A stretch of DNA of 64,000 bases. Origin: an uncultured Candidatus Saccharibacteria bacterium. Lineage in GTDB: Bacteria > Patescibacteriota > Minisyncoccia > Phycocordibacterales > SBAW01. The DNA is taken from NCBI GenBank assembly GCA_964355655.1, contig CAYHDT010000003.1, positions 15,867-79,866 of the forward strand. The letters run 5' to 3'. Of this stretch, positions 63,860-64,000 are shown piece after piece (within the stretch, counting starts at the first letter, position 1; each line of letters opens with the position of its first letter). The notes under the pieces were generated by a model that was not told the origin of the DNA, searched no databases, and saw nothing but the letters and a program-made list of their open reading frames with translations. The position numbers were made by a program, and so were the translations under genes.

Positions 63860-64000
63860 TCATGCGTGACTTCTAGCCGATGTCGACTCCGAGACCGACC
63901 CCGCGCCCCAAAGTCCGACTACGGCAATAACCGCCCCGAGGATACCGAACGTCCACCCGAGCGTTGCGCCGGTGACCGCAGAATTGAAGACCGCTACTAC
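63860..64000 (-). CDS. 3' end of a membrane protein gene running off the window (partial)
   Basis: Open minus-strand frame to window edge, hydrophobic C-terminus, stop at 63860-63862. Confidence 0.25.
   Translation of the reverse strand, partial: VVAVFNSAVTGATLGWTFGILGAVIAVVGLWGAGSVSESTSARSHA

Overview
This 64 kb window is GC-rich (roughly 58-60% by eye) and gene-dense, with genes mostly on the minus strand. About 1.4-47 kb is one large cell-surface glycan (lipid-linked oligosaccharide) biosynthesis and modification island. It is bracketed by murB and, at the far end, murC-murD-purF-rsmI. The island contains a split heptose-nucleotide pathway (hldA kinase, gmhB, hldC adenylyltransferase), a full dTDP-rhamnose set (rmlABCD), a non-canonical nonulosonic (sialic-like) acid module, a UDP-xylose branch, about 13 glycosyltransferases, at least 6 methyltransferases, a cobalamin-binding radical SAM enzyme, a PglK/MsbA-type ABC exporter, a Gtr-like GtrA/GtrB/GT-C triad and an O-antigen-ligase-family membrane protein fused to TPR repeats. 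The non-canonical nonulosonic acid module comprises a FAD-oxidoreductase::NeuB fusion, an SpsF/NeuA-family cytidylyltransferase, a class III aminotransferase, an SDR and a TagF-like transferase. The UDP-xylose branch comprises a short UDP-glucose-dehydrogenase-family protein and a UDP-glucuronate decarboxylase. The methyltransferases are three FkbM-type, two zinc-ribbon class I and one sugar C-methyltransferase. Downstream lie a lamin-tail-domain surface protein and a VirD4/TraD-like DUF87 ATPase with a Pro/Ala-rich tail, a pairing typical of Patescibacteria/CPR-like genomes. After those come tRNA-Leu(CAG) and tRNA-Ile(GAU). tRNA-Ile is followed by a 2.3 kb islet flanked by 101 bp direct repeats. 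The islet holds three small ORFs and three copies of a 93 bp element whose 3' end resembles a tRNA 3' end and whose internal hairpins show compensatory substitutions between copies. The window ends with upp, an alpha/beta hydrolase and a phosphoribosyltransferase. All calls rest on motif recognition by eye; no database searches were run. Many long antisense ORFs in the six-frame track are GC-driven shadows and were ignored.
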